DNA of 64,000 bases from a virus. Taxonomy: Duplodnaviria > Heunggongvirae > Uroviricota > Caudoviricetes. Within the stretch, counting starts at the first letter, position 1. Each line of letters starts with the position of its first letter. Made by a program: the position numbers and the translations under genes. Under the pieces are notes generated by a model, which was not told the origin of the DNA, made no database searches, and saw only the letters and a program-made list of their open reading frames with translations. Positions 9,103-19,700 of the stretch are shown in pieces. The stretch lies in the IMG/VR virus record IMGVR_UViG_3300029656_000140, one strand, 5' to 3'.

Positions 9103-11204
9103 CAATACTTCCTCCTTATCATGCCGGGCTGCTGATAGCCCTCAAATACGCTGTCACACTCCACATCCGTGCAGGTGTCATCAAACCAGTGGATTCTAAA
9201 ATGTTTCGGTGAAAAAATGGTAACGGAAAGCACAAAGGCTTTCACATACGTTCCAACTGCTTCATCCAGAAACATCTGCGTCCCTCCCGCCAGAGAATCC
9301 AGCCATTGCAGCGTTTTCTCCCGGATTTCATAGGTCTGCTCCAGCTTCTTCCAGTAATCTTCCATGTACCGGACCTGTTCGGCCTGCTGCTGGGCTTCGT
9401 GTTCCAGCTTCTCCAGCTGTTCCTCTTCGTTGAGAAGTCTGTCTTCTAATTCTGTGACCGCTTCTTTTTCTATCGGTTCTCCCAGCACCTCACTTCTCAC
9501 TTTTAAGGCTTCTTTTTCTGCCTGAATATCCCGGATGTGCTGGTGGGCATCCCGAATGCTATAGTTCACTGCAGACAGCTGGCGTTTCAGAAAATCCCCT
9601 TCCTGCTCCATCTGGTCGAAATCATGGATCTCTCTCAGCTTCTCACTCAGATTCCTTAATGCCTGATTTCTCACATTATCAATAGGAGCTTTGGAGATCA
9701 TCTGCATAACCTCATGAACTTCTGCATCCATCTTCTCAACCAGCTTGAATTTTTCGGCAAATGCCTTGCGAAGCAGCGCCTGGATCTGCTCTTCATAAAC
9801 CGGCTCCATCCGGCAGCGCTTCTGTCCCTGTTGGGCGAGCTTCGTTGCACACCGCCAGATGGTTGTCCTTGTTGTGGAATGGCCTTGAAAATACCGTCCG
9901 CATTCTCCACACAGCAGGAGTTTGGAATAGTTCCTTTCGTTTCTTCCTTTTTCAATACCCCTGTACTTTGCCGTGTATACCTTCCAGACTTCCTGTGCTT
10001 CCTGCCACAATTCTTCCGAAATGATAGCCGGATGATGATTTCGTATCAGGTATTTCGGCTTTTCCCCCTTATTGACCTTCTGTTTACGCCCATTCCTGTG
10101 ATCGGTGTAGGTCTTCTGACAAAGTACAGAACCGCAGTAACGAACGTTTGCGATCATGTACCGAACATCCGTTGCCGTCCACCCCCGCTTATCTTCTTCC
10201 TTTAGTGTGCCAGCTGGCAGCACAGTTGGCTTCCGCTTTTGCCGCTGTCTGCATCCGCTGTTCGGCGGCTGGATATGCATGGCATCCAGCTTCTGGGCGA
10301 TTTGTGTGAAGCCTAATTCTTCTTTTGTAAAAAGTCGGAACACCATCCGAACAATCTCTGCTTCTTCCGGGATGATGAACACTGCCCGGTATCGGTATCC
10401 GTTCTCGTTCACTGTATACTCCCCTTTGCGGAATTCGTATCCGTAGATATCCTTGTTGCAGACATTTCCGGCCGGAAACCTTTTCTGATTGCTCCATGCA
10501 ATGTTTGCTGAAATCGAACGGCTCTCTTCCTGGGCAATGGCGGCCAGCGTAGTAAGAATGAACTCGCTGTAAGCATCCGCTGTATCCATCGCTTCCCGCT
10601 CAAACAGAATCGTGACATTGTTTTCCTTTAAGGTCCGTAATGCCACAAGAAAGTCCTGCGTGTTTCGGGCAAAACGGCTGATGGACTTACAGAGCACTCG
10701 GTCAATCTTCCCCTGCTTGCAGTGCCGGAGCAAACGGTTGAATCCTGTCCGTCCTTCCCTGCTTGTTGCGGAAATGCCATGATCGGAATAAATGCCGGCA
10801 GATGTCCATCCCGCATTTCCTGCCAGGAGTGACATAAAGTAGCGTTCCTGCATTTCATACGAATCTTCCTGTGCCGGATTGGTGGAGGAAACACGGATAT
10901 ATGCGGCGACCCGAACAGCCTTCTCTTGGCTTGCTGCTGGCACCGTCGGCATTGCCGGCCGGCATTCCTGCATCACATCGGATGCGAGCTGGGAGAAGTC
11001 TTCCATACTCTCCGGCTCATTCACCGGCATTTCTTTTACTGGTGCATAGCTGGTTACGGGCGGCTTCTTTTTCTCAGCCCTGACTTTTTGCATGGCGGCA
11101 AGGATCTGCGCCACCGATTCACTCTGTTCTGCCTTTTTCTTACCTTTTGCTTCCGGCAGCTTCATCTTTGACATAAGATCATTCAGAAAAGCATTTGAAT
11201 CCAT
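9102..11204 (-). CDS. large serine recombinase C
   Basis: Catalytic motif VRVAAYIRVSSTNPAQ...KSISRFARN. ATG at 11204 (MDSNAFL) follows the RBS AAGGAGAGG. It is translationally coupled to recombinase B. Confidence 0.9.
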   Translation of the reverse strand: MDSNAFLNDLMSKMKLPEAKGKKKAEQSESVAQILAAMQKVRAEKKKPPVTSYAPVKEMPVNEPESMEDFSQLASDVMQECRPAMPTVPAASQEKAVRVAAYIRVSSTNPAQEDSYEMQERYFMSLLAGNAGWTSAGIYSDHGISATSREGRTGFNRLLRHCKQGKIDRVLCKSISRFARNTQDFLVALRTLKENNVTILFEREAMDTADAYSEFILTTLAAIAQEESRSISANIAWSNQKRFPAGNVCNKDIYGYEFRKGEYTVNENGYRYRAVFIIPEEAEIVRMVFRLFTKEELGFTQIAQKLDAMHIQPPNSGCRQRQKRKPTVLPAGTLKEEDKRGWTATDVRYMIANVRYCGSVLCQKTYTDHRNGRKQKVNKGEKPKYLIRNHHPAIISEELWQEAQEVWKVYTAKYRGIEKGRNERNYSKLLLCGECGRYFQGHSTTRTTIWRCATKLAQQGQKRCRMEPVYEEQIQALLRKAFAEKFKLVEKMDAEVHEVMQMISKAPIDNVRNQALRNLSEKLREIHDFDQMEQEGDFLKRQLSAVNYSIRDAHQHIRDIQAEKEALKVRSEVLGEPIEKEAVTELEDRLLNEEEQLEKLEHEAQQQAEQVRYMEDYWKKLEQTYEIREKTLQWLDSLAGGTQMFLDEAVGTYVKAFVLSVTIFSPKHFRIHWFDDTCTDVECDSVFEGYQQPGMIRRKY

Positions 11205-11382
11205 ATCGTCCTCTCCTTTCGTCAGATTTTCCTTCCGAAAGGAAAACGTGTGGTAATGCCACCGCCTTTTCCTATCTTCGGGTAGTGACATATTTGCTCT
11301 ATCCGGCACTTATAGCAAGTGATATCCGAACTATAAATCGTAGAATATCTGCCCCTATAATCGGGCAGAACTGACGATTGCG

Positions 11383-11417
11383 TTGTATGTAAAAGGCTCT
11401 CCTTTTCAGGAAAGCCC
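11383..11417 (-). terminator. intrinsic terminator after the endolysin gene
   Basis: Transcript GGCUUUCC-UGAAAA-GGAGAGCC followed by UUUUACAUAC. Confidence 0.55.
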
Positions 11418-11424
11418 ATGAAGG

Positions 11425-12897
11425 TCAGATACGTGCTGCGAAGTCAAGTGCGATCCAGCCTGCACCGGATTTCAGCTTGCCCCAGCCTTTCACAGAACCA
11501 GCACCAGCAGATTCTGTCACGATGGTGAACACGCCCCTTCCGGTGTAATAACCGGTCTTGCCGTAGTTTGTGCCTGGTCCTTTACGGATGTTGAGGTCAT
11601 TGATGGACACTCGAACCGCATACGGCACAGATGCAGTCTGGTTCACAGGATAGACCGCCTTGCCGGCCGGATCAAAAACCGTATACCCCGGATTCGCATC
11701 CGCACACTGCTTCGCATAGGACAGATCATGGAACGCCCCTTTCTGGGAAGCTGCATTCTGCCAGCTCTTACGCACACGATACCAGCCAGAGATGTTACCT
11801 CCCTGGTTCTGGGCTGAGGCATTATACTGTGTCATGTTCCAGCGTTCGATGATATTGCAGAGATTCTGCACATAGGTGTGGCTGGTGGCATAGCCGCCAT
11901 CCTTGATGATCTGCACAGCCTTCTTGTAATCCGTGCATCCTGCCAGACCTTCATAACGTTTCCTGCTGCCATTCATCGCACCGAGCAGATATGCCGCATG
12001 GTCGGCAATGGAGTCCTCCACACAGGCGTACTTTCGGAAATCAGCGGTGATCGTGACATAGCTGCCATCGGCATTCTGCTCCTGCGTTTTCTTGGTATAG
12101 ACCGACTTGCCATCCCAACTGCTGCCGCTCCAGCTGTTCCCGGAAAGCGAGGTCTTCATGCCAAAGCAGTTATTAGCATTCTGTGCCAATTCACTCTTAC
12201 CGTAGCCGGACTCCAGAATAAACTGCGCCATCGACACGCAGGCAAGGATGCCGAACTGCTTCTGGTTTTCGGTAAACAATGGACCGATCTCTGCCACTGC
12301 CTCGGCTTCAGACAGGTTCTTAAGGGAAGATGCCTGCAGGCCGGATGAAGATGAACCGCCAAGTGCCGCCGTCACCCTTGCTGCCAGATCACCCAGACGG
12401 GCGTACAGCCAGTTTCCGGGACAGCTTTTGTTGGCAAACCAGCGATGAACAGTCAGGATCATCTCGTCTGCTGCCGGAGCGTAGTTGAGGGTTTTATTCT
12501 TGTCGCCCAGCCACAGCAGTTTCTTCTTGCCGTTACGTTTGCAGATATCGATGCAGAGCTTAACGAGCGAGTTATATACGGCGCTGTTCATCGCATACGG
12601 CTCATTCATGTCGCTGGCACATTCGATGGTGACTGCTCTCTGGTCATTGGAATTGCTGGACGAGCACCAGCTGCGGTTCTTCTCCTCCACACACAGAGAA
12701 ACCCGGCCGTCCGTGCCAATGCCATAGTTGCAGCTGGCCTGACGGGTCGGGCTGGTAAAACATCCGCAAATGCTCTCCGCAGAAAGCTGACCTACCACGC
12801 AATGCGGCGTGATGCGGTCAATGCTGTGTGTTCTCTGCCCGGAATGGTTCGGGGAGAGTTTGGTATAAACAACGAGTGGACTATTGGTGTATCCCAT
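11425..12897 (-). CDS. endolysin: N-acetylmuramoyl-L-alanine amidase (Amidase_2) + glucosaminidase + ~48-aa wall-binding module + SH3
   Basis: Amidase_2 motifs HSIDRITPHCVVG...AVTIECASD, glucosaminidase FILESGYGKSELAQNANNCFGMK, and a C-terminal SH3. ATG at 12897 follows the RBS AGGAGGA. The ORF-track N-terminal extension has no RBS. Confidence 0.85.
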   Translation of the reverse strand: MGYTNSPLVVYTKLSPNHSGQRTHSIDRITPHCVVGQLSAESICGCFTSPTRQASCNYGIGTDGRVSLCVEEKNRSWCSSSNSNDQRAVTIECASDMNEPYAMNSAVYNSLVKLCIDICKRNGKKKLLWLGDKNKTLNYAPAADEMILTVHRWFANKSCPGNWLYARLGDLAARVTAALGGSSSSGLQASSLKNLSEAEAVAEIGPLFTENQKQFGILACVSMAQFILESGYGKSELAQNANNCFGMKTSLSGNSWSGSSWDGKSVYTKKTQEQNADGSYVTITADFRKYACVEDSIADHAAYLLGAMNGSRKRYEGLAGCTDYKKAVQIIKDGGYATSHTYVQNLCNIIERWNMTQYNASAQNQGGNISGWYRVRKSWQNAASQKGAFHDLSYAKQCADANPGYTVFDPAGKAVYPVNQTASVPYAVRVSINDLNIRKGPGTNYGKTGYYTGRGVFTIVTESAGAGSVKGWGKLKSGAGWIALDFAARI

Positions 12898-12962
12898 ATC
12901 GATTCCTCCTAAAAAATTGAGACCCGGATCACTCCGAGTCTCATGTGTTTGTGTTATTGTGT

Positions 12963-13670
12963 TTAAGGGATCAGCAGCTTCATGCCGACCCGGATGGCAT
13001 TGGAGGTCAGGCCGTTCAGTGCACGGATATCGGCACAACGGCTGCCATCCCCCAGTTCCTTCTCTGCAATCTTCCAGAGGTTGTCGCCCGGAACAACGGT
13101 GTAGATCTTGCTGGCGGTAAAGGCATAGGTATCCGCACTGTTGAGAACATAGGCCAGACCGCTCGCCGCTTCCGGGCATTTAATCTTCAGCCAGCCGGCG
13201 CAGAACTCCACGATCTCGATCAGCGTATTCTTCTTATAGATAGCCACAACCTCTGCACTGGTATCCGGCATTTCCCGGATATTCATAAGGGTCTTGAGTT
13301 TGCCATAGGCGATCGCTGCCGGGAGTTCCTCTGCAGTCGGATACTCTTCCTTTCCGGGTCCCTCTTTCTGCTCATCCGTCACAGGGGTGTCCTTCTCTTC
13401 CAAAGATTCCTCTTCCGGTACTTTCCCTTCCGGCTCGTCCATAACAGGCTTTTCCTCCGCTTCTTCTGCACCTGTGACCGGCACAGCCTCCTCCGGGTAG
13501 ATCACATTGCCGTCATTATCAAATACACGGCTGCCGGGATTCTCATCGCACTTGGCTTTTGCATTCGCCAGCAGACGGTATGCGCCAAACTGGGATGCTT
13601 CATCCTCCCAGTCCTCACGCACACGGTAGTAGCCGGTCGTCAGCTTTGCGGGATATTCTTTCATACTCAT
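12963..13670 (-). CDS. cell-wall-binding protein without catalytic domain (shared ~48-aa module + SH3 + LysM)
   Basis: The N-terminal YYRVREDWEDEASQFGAYRLLANAKAKCDENPGSRVFDNDGNVIYP is homologous to GWYRVRKSWQNAASQKGAFHDLSYAKQCADANPGYTVFDPAGKAVYP in the endolysin. The C-terminal LysM reads YTVVPGDNLWKIA...GMKLLIP. Confidence 0.7.
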   Translation of the reverse strand: MSMKEYPAKLTTGYYRVREDWEDEASQFGAYRLLANAKAKCDENPGSRVFDNDGNVIYPEEAVPVTGAEEAEEKPVMDEPEGKVPEEESLEEKDTPVTDEQKEGPGKEEYPTAEELPAAIAYGKLKTLMNIREMPDTSAEVVAIYKKNTLIEIVEFCAGWLKIKCPEAASGLAYVLNSADTYAFTASKIYTVVPGDNLWKIAEKELGDGSRCADIRALNGLTSNAIRVGMKLLIP

Positions 13671-13724
13671 GGTCCGTTCCTCCTAAATAAAATGTGGGAG
13701 AGGCTTATCGCCCCTCCCGGTTGA

Positions 13725-14147
13725 TTACTGCTTGTCGATTTTGTCCTGATCGCGCTCGTCTTTCAGCTGTGCCAGCATCTCCTTGAGCTTCTCCGGCACC
13801 GGAAGACCGATCACTGCTGCATTTTCGAGACAGCTCAGGCCCTCGTTTGCCAGATAGAAGAACACTACAGCGGTGCGGATGGCGGCTCCATTCTGGAGGA
13901 TCTGTGTGTCAATGATATTGGCAATACCAACCAGCACAAAGATACATACCTTCTTGGCGATACCCTTAAAGCCAACTTCAGAAGAAAGCTCATGCTTGAT
14001 TGCTGCCGCCAGCACCCCGGTGAAGTAGTCACAGACCACGAACACTACAAGTGCATACAGGAAGCCGTCAAACCCGCCGAAGAACCAGCCCAGGAAACCA
14101 CCCAGGCCTGCGAACATCCATTCAATCTTGTCGATCACATTCTGCAT
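13725..14147 (-). CDS. phage holin
   Basis: 140 aa with several transmembrane stretches (FAGLGGFLGWFFGG, LYALVVFVVC, IFVLVGIANII) and a charged C-terminus. It heads the lysis cassette. ATG at 14147. Confidence 0.7.
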   Translation of the reverse strand: MQNVIDKIEWMFAGLGGFLGWFFGGFDGFLYALVVFVVCDYFTGVLAAAIKHELSSEVGFKGIAKKVCIFVLVGIANIIDTQILQNGAAIRTAVVFFYLANEGLSCLENAAVIGLPVPEKLKEMLAQLKDERDQDKIDKQ

Positions 14148-14250
14148 AATTCCGTCCTTTCCGCCCGTATCCGGGCAATAAAAATAGACAGCCGAAGCTG
14201 CCCTTTGATATGGATTATATATAAAAACACGGACAAGCCGTGGGATTTGA

Positions 14251-16614
14251 TTATCGATAGCTGGCAATCACTGCACTGGCATTGAACACTCCGATCTTCT
14301 TTGCGCCTGCCGCATTCGGATGCAGACCATCAATCAGGTAGCGGCCATTGGCATTCTTTTTCTCGTAGATGTCACAGATACCACAGCAGAAAGTATCAAT
14401 GACTTCCAGAGACATCCTGCCGGCAAGAAGTTTCAGATAATCGCCTTTCGCCTTGGACTGTGCATAGCTCCGGGTCGTGATATAGCCCTGAATCGGCGTA
14501 CAGATATAAATCTTCGCCGCCGGGTACAGCTGCTGAAGTTTTTCGATGCTGTACCGGAATGCTGATGCAAACGCCCTGCGGTCCAGCTCTTCGATGGCGA
14601 CCATTTCATTCTCTGAAGTGAAAGAGCCTTCCATATCGCCGGAAGGAACACCATCATTCGTACCACAGGCGATCAGGATCATATCAAAGTCGGCGTAGGC
14701 AGTCACTTCCTTGTAGTGAGGGCTGGTCTTGTCCTTGCCTCGGATGAGTTTTTCCACCTGATTGCCCATGACATTGTTGTGGTTCTGATCCGGTCCGGAA
14801 AAGACCGGGTTGCCATCGTAAACGCTGTCCTCATAATCGCACCATCTGGCACTGGATACCGACAGGTTTACAAACCGCTCCGGCTGGATGATCTCATTGA
14901 AGTATCTTACCCAGCCACGCTCCGATGTGTTCAGTGCCGTGATGCTGTCTCCCAAAAACAGGATCTTCTTTCCGGTGAACGCAGATTTCTGCTTCATGAC
15001 CACCTGCATATCCGTAGACACGGAACTGATCGTTTTGGAAAGGTTCTGCATATTCGCATCTGCTGTTTTGATCGCATCCGCATTTACACTGACCTTTTCC
15101 GACAAGGCAGCAAGCTCCTTTGTATTGGTGTCAGCCTGCTCATGAAGGAGGCTGTAATCTTCCCCAAAGTAGCTGCCCTTCACATTGAAGTAATGTGCCT
15201 TCACGTTGGACATGGTCATATCGTAGGTGCTGTTCTTCGTGAACACGATCTGGATATAGTCATCCTTATACCCGGCATCTTCCAGCTTTTTGGATGGGAT
15301 TTCAAGCGTGATCCTCTTTGGTTTTCCATCTGTAGAAGCAATCGACCCAAGGTTTACCAGCTTTGAACCAACCACATAGTAGTGCATCAGCTGGTCGTTG
15401 CAGTAATCCATCTCGACATAAAGCTTATCAAACCGCTCCGCACGGGGAACTTTGATGCCGCCGCCATGATACCCGCTCTCATATTCTGTCAAAAAATGAT
15501 GGATGGTGGCTCCTTCATCCACGATCTCCCATTTTCCTTTGGAAAAGACACAGGGCTGGAATGGAACTTCAAGGCTCTGTGACATCAGCGCATCCCGTGC
15601 AAGTTTTGCCGCGCTTACACAGGCATCTGCGAGTTTATCCTTTGTAACGGTAGCATCCAGGAGTTTCTGTCCGTCCACCGATTTATCCCGAAGCATCGTG
15701 CCGGACAGCGTATGGTCGCCAAACGGCATCCTGCCATCCACCTTGAACGGAAAGTAGCCATAAGACCGTTCCGGATATTTACAGTCCACTACAAAAACAA
15801 TGATATCATTCTCTTTTGGAGAATCCGACCAGTCCGCTGTCACCAACGTCCCTTCCACTGTATCGTAGGAGATATAGGTCAAAAGAGCATCCGGGTTATA
15901 TGGAACCGGCTCTGGTTTCGTAAGCAGCTTATTCCCCTTCGCACCCAGATAGATAAAGTTCCCAGAAAACTCCAGCTGATGCTCTGTGGTATTCAGATTG
16001 ACTGCTCCTGTATAAGAGAAAGGCATACCGTTGGCATAGAACTTATCGGCTCTGGACCGTAAGTGTGCACCAAATGAGTCATAGGTCTTCCCTGCCGAAT
16101 CGACCCGCGCATCCAGAGTCTCCTTGTCCGTAGTCTTACCGGATGCAATGCTGTTCATCCTGGAATTCAGGGATGCTGCACTCTGCTGCATGGCCGTCCG
16201 TCCATCCTCCAGCTGCTTCTGAGCATCTGCCACCTTCTTCGCCAGCGTAGTGGTCGTATCACTCAGGCTGTCATTCACGTTCTGCACCGTATCCGTGAGT
16301 TTTTGGGTGACCCTTTCTTCCGTTTCGGACACATTTTTACTGATGCGGCTTTCTGTTTCTGTCAGTTCCGTATGGACGTCCTCTGCTGTCCGGGTCAGAT
16401 GATCCTCTGCCAGCCTGATCTGCTCACTGAACTGACTGCATACAGACCAGTAGTGTTCATTAAAGATTTCCGTTCCAGCCGGGACCGGCAGCTTGGAGAT
16501 ATAGCTGACACCAGTTTCTTGACACAGCACGATGATCAGTTCCTCGTACTCTTTTGTCTTGTCCCAGATGCCGCCATGCTTCGGGACGATGCGTCTGCCA
16601 ACATACTTAGGCAT
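14251..16614 (-). CDS. tail fibre / receptor-binding protein with C-terminal SGNH (GDSL) hydrolase domain
   Basis: The N-terminal ~100 aa are homologous to the upstream fibre (PKYVGRRIVPKHGGIWD). The C-terminal domain carries KILFLGDSIT, GTND and DGLHPN. The RBS is GAGGGGAGGTG. Confidence 0.75.
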   Translation of the reverse strand: MPKYVGRRIVPKHGGIWDKTKEYEELIIVLCQETGVSYISKLPVPAGTEIFNEHYWSVCSQFSEQIRLAEDHLTRTAEDVHTELTETESRISKNVSETEERVTQKLTDTVQNVNDSLSDTTTTLAKKVADAQKQLEDGRTAMQQSAASLNSRMNSIASGKTTDKETLDARVDSAGKTYDSFGAHLRSRADKFYANGMPFSYTGAVNLNTTEHQLEFSGNFIYLGAKGNKLLTKPEPVPYNPDALLTYISYDTVEGTLVTADWSDSPKENDIIVFVVDCKYPERSYGYFPFKVDGRMPFGDHTLSGTMLRDKSVDGQKLLDATVTKDKLADACVSAAKLARDALMSQSLEVPFQPCVFSKGKWEIVDEGATIHHFLTEYESGYHGGGIKVPRAERFDKLYVEMDYCNDQLMHYYVVGSKLVNLGSIASTDGKPKRITLEIPSKKLEDAGYKDDYIQIVFTKNSTYDMTMSNVKAHYFNVKGSYFGEDYSLLHEQADTNTKELAALSEKVSVNADAIKTADANMQNLSKTISSVSTDMQVVMKQKSAFTGKKILFLGDSITALNTSERGWVRYFNEIIQPERFVNLSVSSARWCDYEDSVYDGNPVFSGPDQNHNNVMGNQVEKLIRGKDKTSPHYKEVTAYADFDMILIACGTNDGVPSGDMEGSFTSENEMVAIEELDRRAFASAFRYSIEKLQQLYPAAKIYICTPIQGYITTRSYAQSKAKGDYLKLLAGRMSLEVIDTFCCGICDIYEKKNANGRYLIDGLHPNAAGAKKIGVFNASAVIASYR

Positions 16615-16747
16615 AGAACACACCTCCCCTCAGCACAGAAGAGATCAGATTACTGCACAGGTCAGATAATCCGATACCCCCCCCCGAATTTTCAGACAAT
16701 TATTACGGTTCATCATAGCTTTTCCTTTCTCCGGGATATTCCCGGCA

Positions 16748-19700
16748 TTACTTCATATCCTGTAGTGCCAGTGTATACTTGACCAACGCATACAGCTGAT
16801 AGCCCCATGCGCAGTGTGCGTAGTTGTTCGGATGCCAGTTGGGGCCTCCGTACTGACCCCGGCCGTATGCCATGTGCAGTACCCTGCCACTCTGTCTGCC
16901 AACCGAATCCGCAGACACATAATCCAGTGTAGGATAACTCTCCACGGCAGGCTGGATCAGATGCCCACTGCATACATAGACACCGTTTGCCTCATCCTGC
17001 AGTTCATCGCAGAAATACTGGTAGATGCTCACATTCTTGCTGTGAAGTCCGCCCAGCGTGATCTCAGAAGCCCGGTACTCCGGGTATTTTGCCGGGAAGT
17101 AAGTGCCGGTCTCATCAATGGACATGAGGATCACGATGATATCCGGATACTCACGCTTGATCGTTTTCACGATATCCGGGATATTGGCTTTGTACTCTGC
17201 AAGGGAACTGTTGTGGTTTAAGTTGATCACCACATGGGTCGGCGTGCACAGGTCATAAGCGTTGGCATCTTTCACTTCCGTGCCTGCGGTTTCGCCGGGG
17301 ATAAGCCGGGTCATGCCGTTATCCGCCAACGTCCTGTATTTATCCAGACAAGCCTTCAGTGAGAAGCCCTTCGTCTTTTCATCGTAGAACGGGTTAATAT
17401 TAGATGCGCTCTCAAAAGTTGCAAGGTTCAGATCTTCTGCACTCCAGCCGCCCTTACCCATCGCATAGTTCACAACCGTCTTTCCATCCAGCTTGAACGA
17501 GGACGAGGAGCCGTAATGCTTCCCATTCACTGTTCCCGGCATGCCGACCATCAGACAGCGGTATTCGGTTTCTGCCGCTTTCGCGTCCTTGCGATCCAGA
17601 TCAAACAGGTAGCGCACCCACGACCAATAGTGGGTCGGAAGATCCGCATCTGTTTTCCCAACACCGGCCAGATACCCATCCGTCACACTGTCACCGATAA
17701 CAAGGATCTTCGGGAACTGGTTCTTTCCCATACTGGCCAAGGTGCTGCGGTGCTTGAATTTGAGTTTCTGCGTCTTATAGACATCTGACACAAACGATTT
17801 CTCTACCGTCTGTTCCAGAACATCCTCCCCGCTGTTGACTGCCGTGTTGGTAAACGGTGAATACAAGTCAAAGCGCTCCTCCATCTCCGTACCAAAACCA
17901 GCCGCTCTATCCTTCCAGCCGGTCTCAGCGATCAGATGGTCCACCCAGACTGAAACATGATAGTTTCTGGCGGTCGAAAGGTTATTGCAGACCGTATACA
18001 CCGGAGCCACCGGGACAAGGCGAAGGTCTTTCTTTTCCGGCACGGCCACCAGCTGATCCAGCCGGGTCGTCAGATCTGTCAGCTGCTTTTTCTGGTTATC
18101 CGCCTCCGTCTGCAGGGAGTTCACTTCCTGTTTCAGATCATCCAGCGGCTTATAATCCGTGTATGCTTCGTATACATACTCCGTTCCCTCAACAACGCAG
18201 AGCTTCTGTCCGGAAGAGGCCATATAGAAGAACATCACATAGGCATCGCCTTCCTGATAGGTGTACTGGTCATTGGCATCTACATAACGGAGCACCTTCT
18301 TCGCCTTGTCAAACACGACCTGGCTGGTTACACCGTTCGTGCCGGAGCCTTTGGTCACAAGACCTTTCTCGCTGACCGGGATATAATCCGTGGAACCATA
18401 TCGGAGATTGTCTGCATGATACTGAATGATGGACGAGTGTACAAAAGCAAACCATCCCGGACGATACCTGGAAGGGTCGAGCAGGTTCCGGCTATGGACT
18501 GCATCCAGCTTTCCGGATGCCAGGGTATCCGTGTATTCCCGCTCATCCTTGAAAGCCTGTCCTACAACGGCGGCATCCGCAGCCATGCCGGAATAGGATA
18601 GCGTCGTATCTACCTTACCTGTACCAATCAGGATCTTGCCCATAAAGACGATCTGGCGGTTTTTGTAATCATACTCCACATTCCCGGACGGTTCATTGCT
18701 GAAGAAATCGTTGCAGATTTCTTTTCCAGTACTCGGACGCACCGGATAATAGAGCACCTTGTCTGTGCTGCGCACACGCAGTCTGTATGCTCCTTCATCT
18801 ATAAATCGGTGCAGGAGCAGGACAATCTTGTTGTCTCCCTTCACCAGTTCTACCGTCTGGCGGAACACCTCGCCTTCTTCCGATTCAAGCATGGCAGTCA
18901 GGATCGTCTCCCCAATGGTTCGGAGTGTGAACTGGATTTCCTGTACAAACGAGCTTTGCAGAACAGTCAGCGGCACATAGTAGGTCTGGAGTACCGGGCT
19001 GCTGCCTTCCCAGATATTGCTGACACCGGGATATAAAAAGGGCAGATCCAGACTGGTCATCGTTTCCTTTGCCAGTGCATCATCCGCACTTCGCAGTGCT
19101 TCGATCTCGATTGCCATCTTTTTCTGATTCTGTCGCTCCTTCTGAACCTGATTCCACAGCTTTACAGACTCTCCGCACACCTTCAGGCTCAGGTCCTTCG
19201 CATAGGAGCTTGCCCGGATCTGGAATACCCCTTCCGGGATCTCCAATTCCTTTTCTTTGTACTCCTGCGGCTGTTCTGTGTCCCTGGAATCCAGAATGGA
19301 TGCCACAAACGTACCATTGGCATCATAGCCTGCAACTCCGATCCAGTTGAACACCTGCCCGGTATAGTAGACCTTCTGGCAGGCGGTATCTACCGGGATC
19401 AGTGCTGTCGTCTGGACATGCTCAAACTTCTGCGTTTCTCCGTTGATCGTGTTGACTGTAATGCCTTCTGTCAGTTCGCCGGTCGCATCATAGTTTGCAT
19501 CCACCTTGGATTCCTGCAGTGCATCCAGCCCTTCTTTTGCTTTCGGATAGATGGAACGGATCGCTGCTCCAAGATTTTCAAAGGTATTCCCCTCCGAATC
19601 CACTCTTGCATCAAGGACTTCTGTGTCAGAGGTTCTCCCTTTTGCAATCTGGTCCATCCGGGCATTCAGAGCCTTGTTTGTCTGTGCGACATTCTGGGCG

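Larger units (their letters stand above)
514..11204. mobile_element. recombination/integration region with three large serine recombinases, an IME-like module (ATPase-recombinase-XRE) and low-GC cargo
   Basis: Gene content. Boundaries and att sites were not identified. Confidence 0.5.

Noticed and set aside
9714-10205. Plus-strand ORFs inside the recombinase genes
   Set aside because: They are antisense to strongly supported recombinase CDS.
11205-11309. Longer start (11309) for recombinase C
   Set aside because: The internal ATG at 11204 has a strong AAGGAGAGG RBS, and the upstream part overlaps the promoter/terminator region.
12897-13179. N-terminal extension of the endolysin ORF back to 13179
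   Set aside because: It has no RBS, is Cys/Arg-rich with a non-protein-like composition, and overlaps the LysM gene. The ATG at 12897 has a strong RBS.
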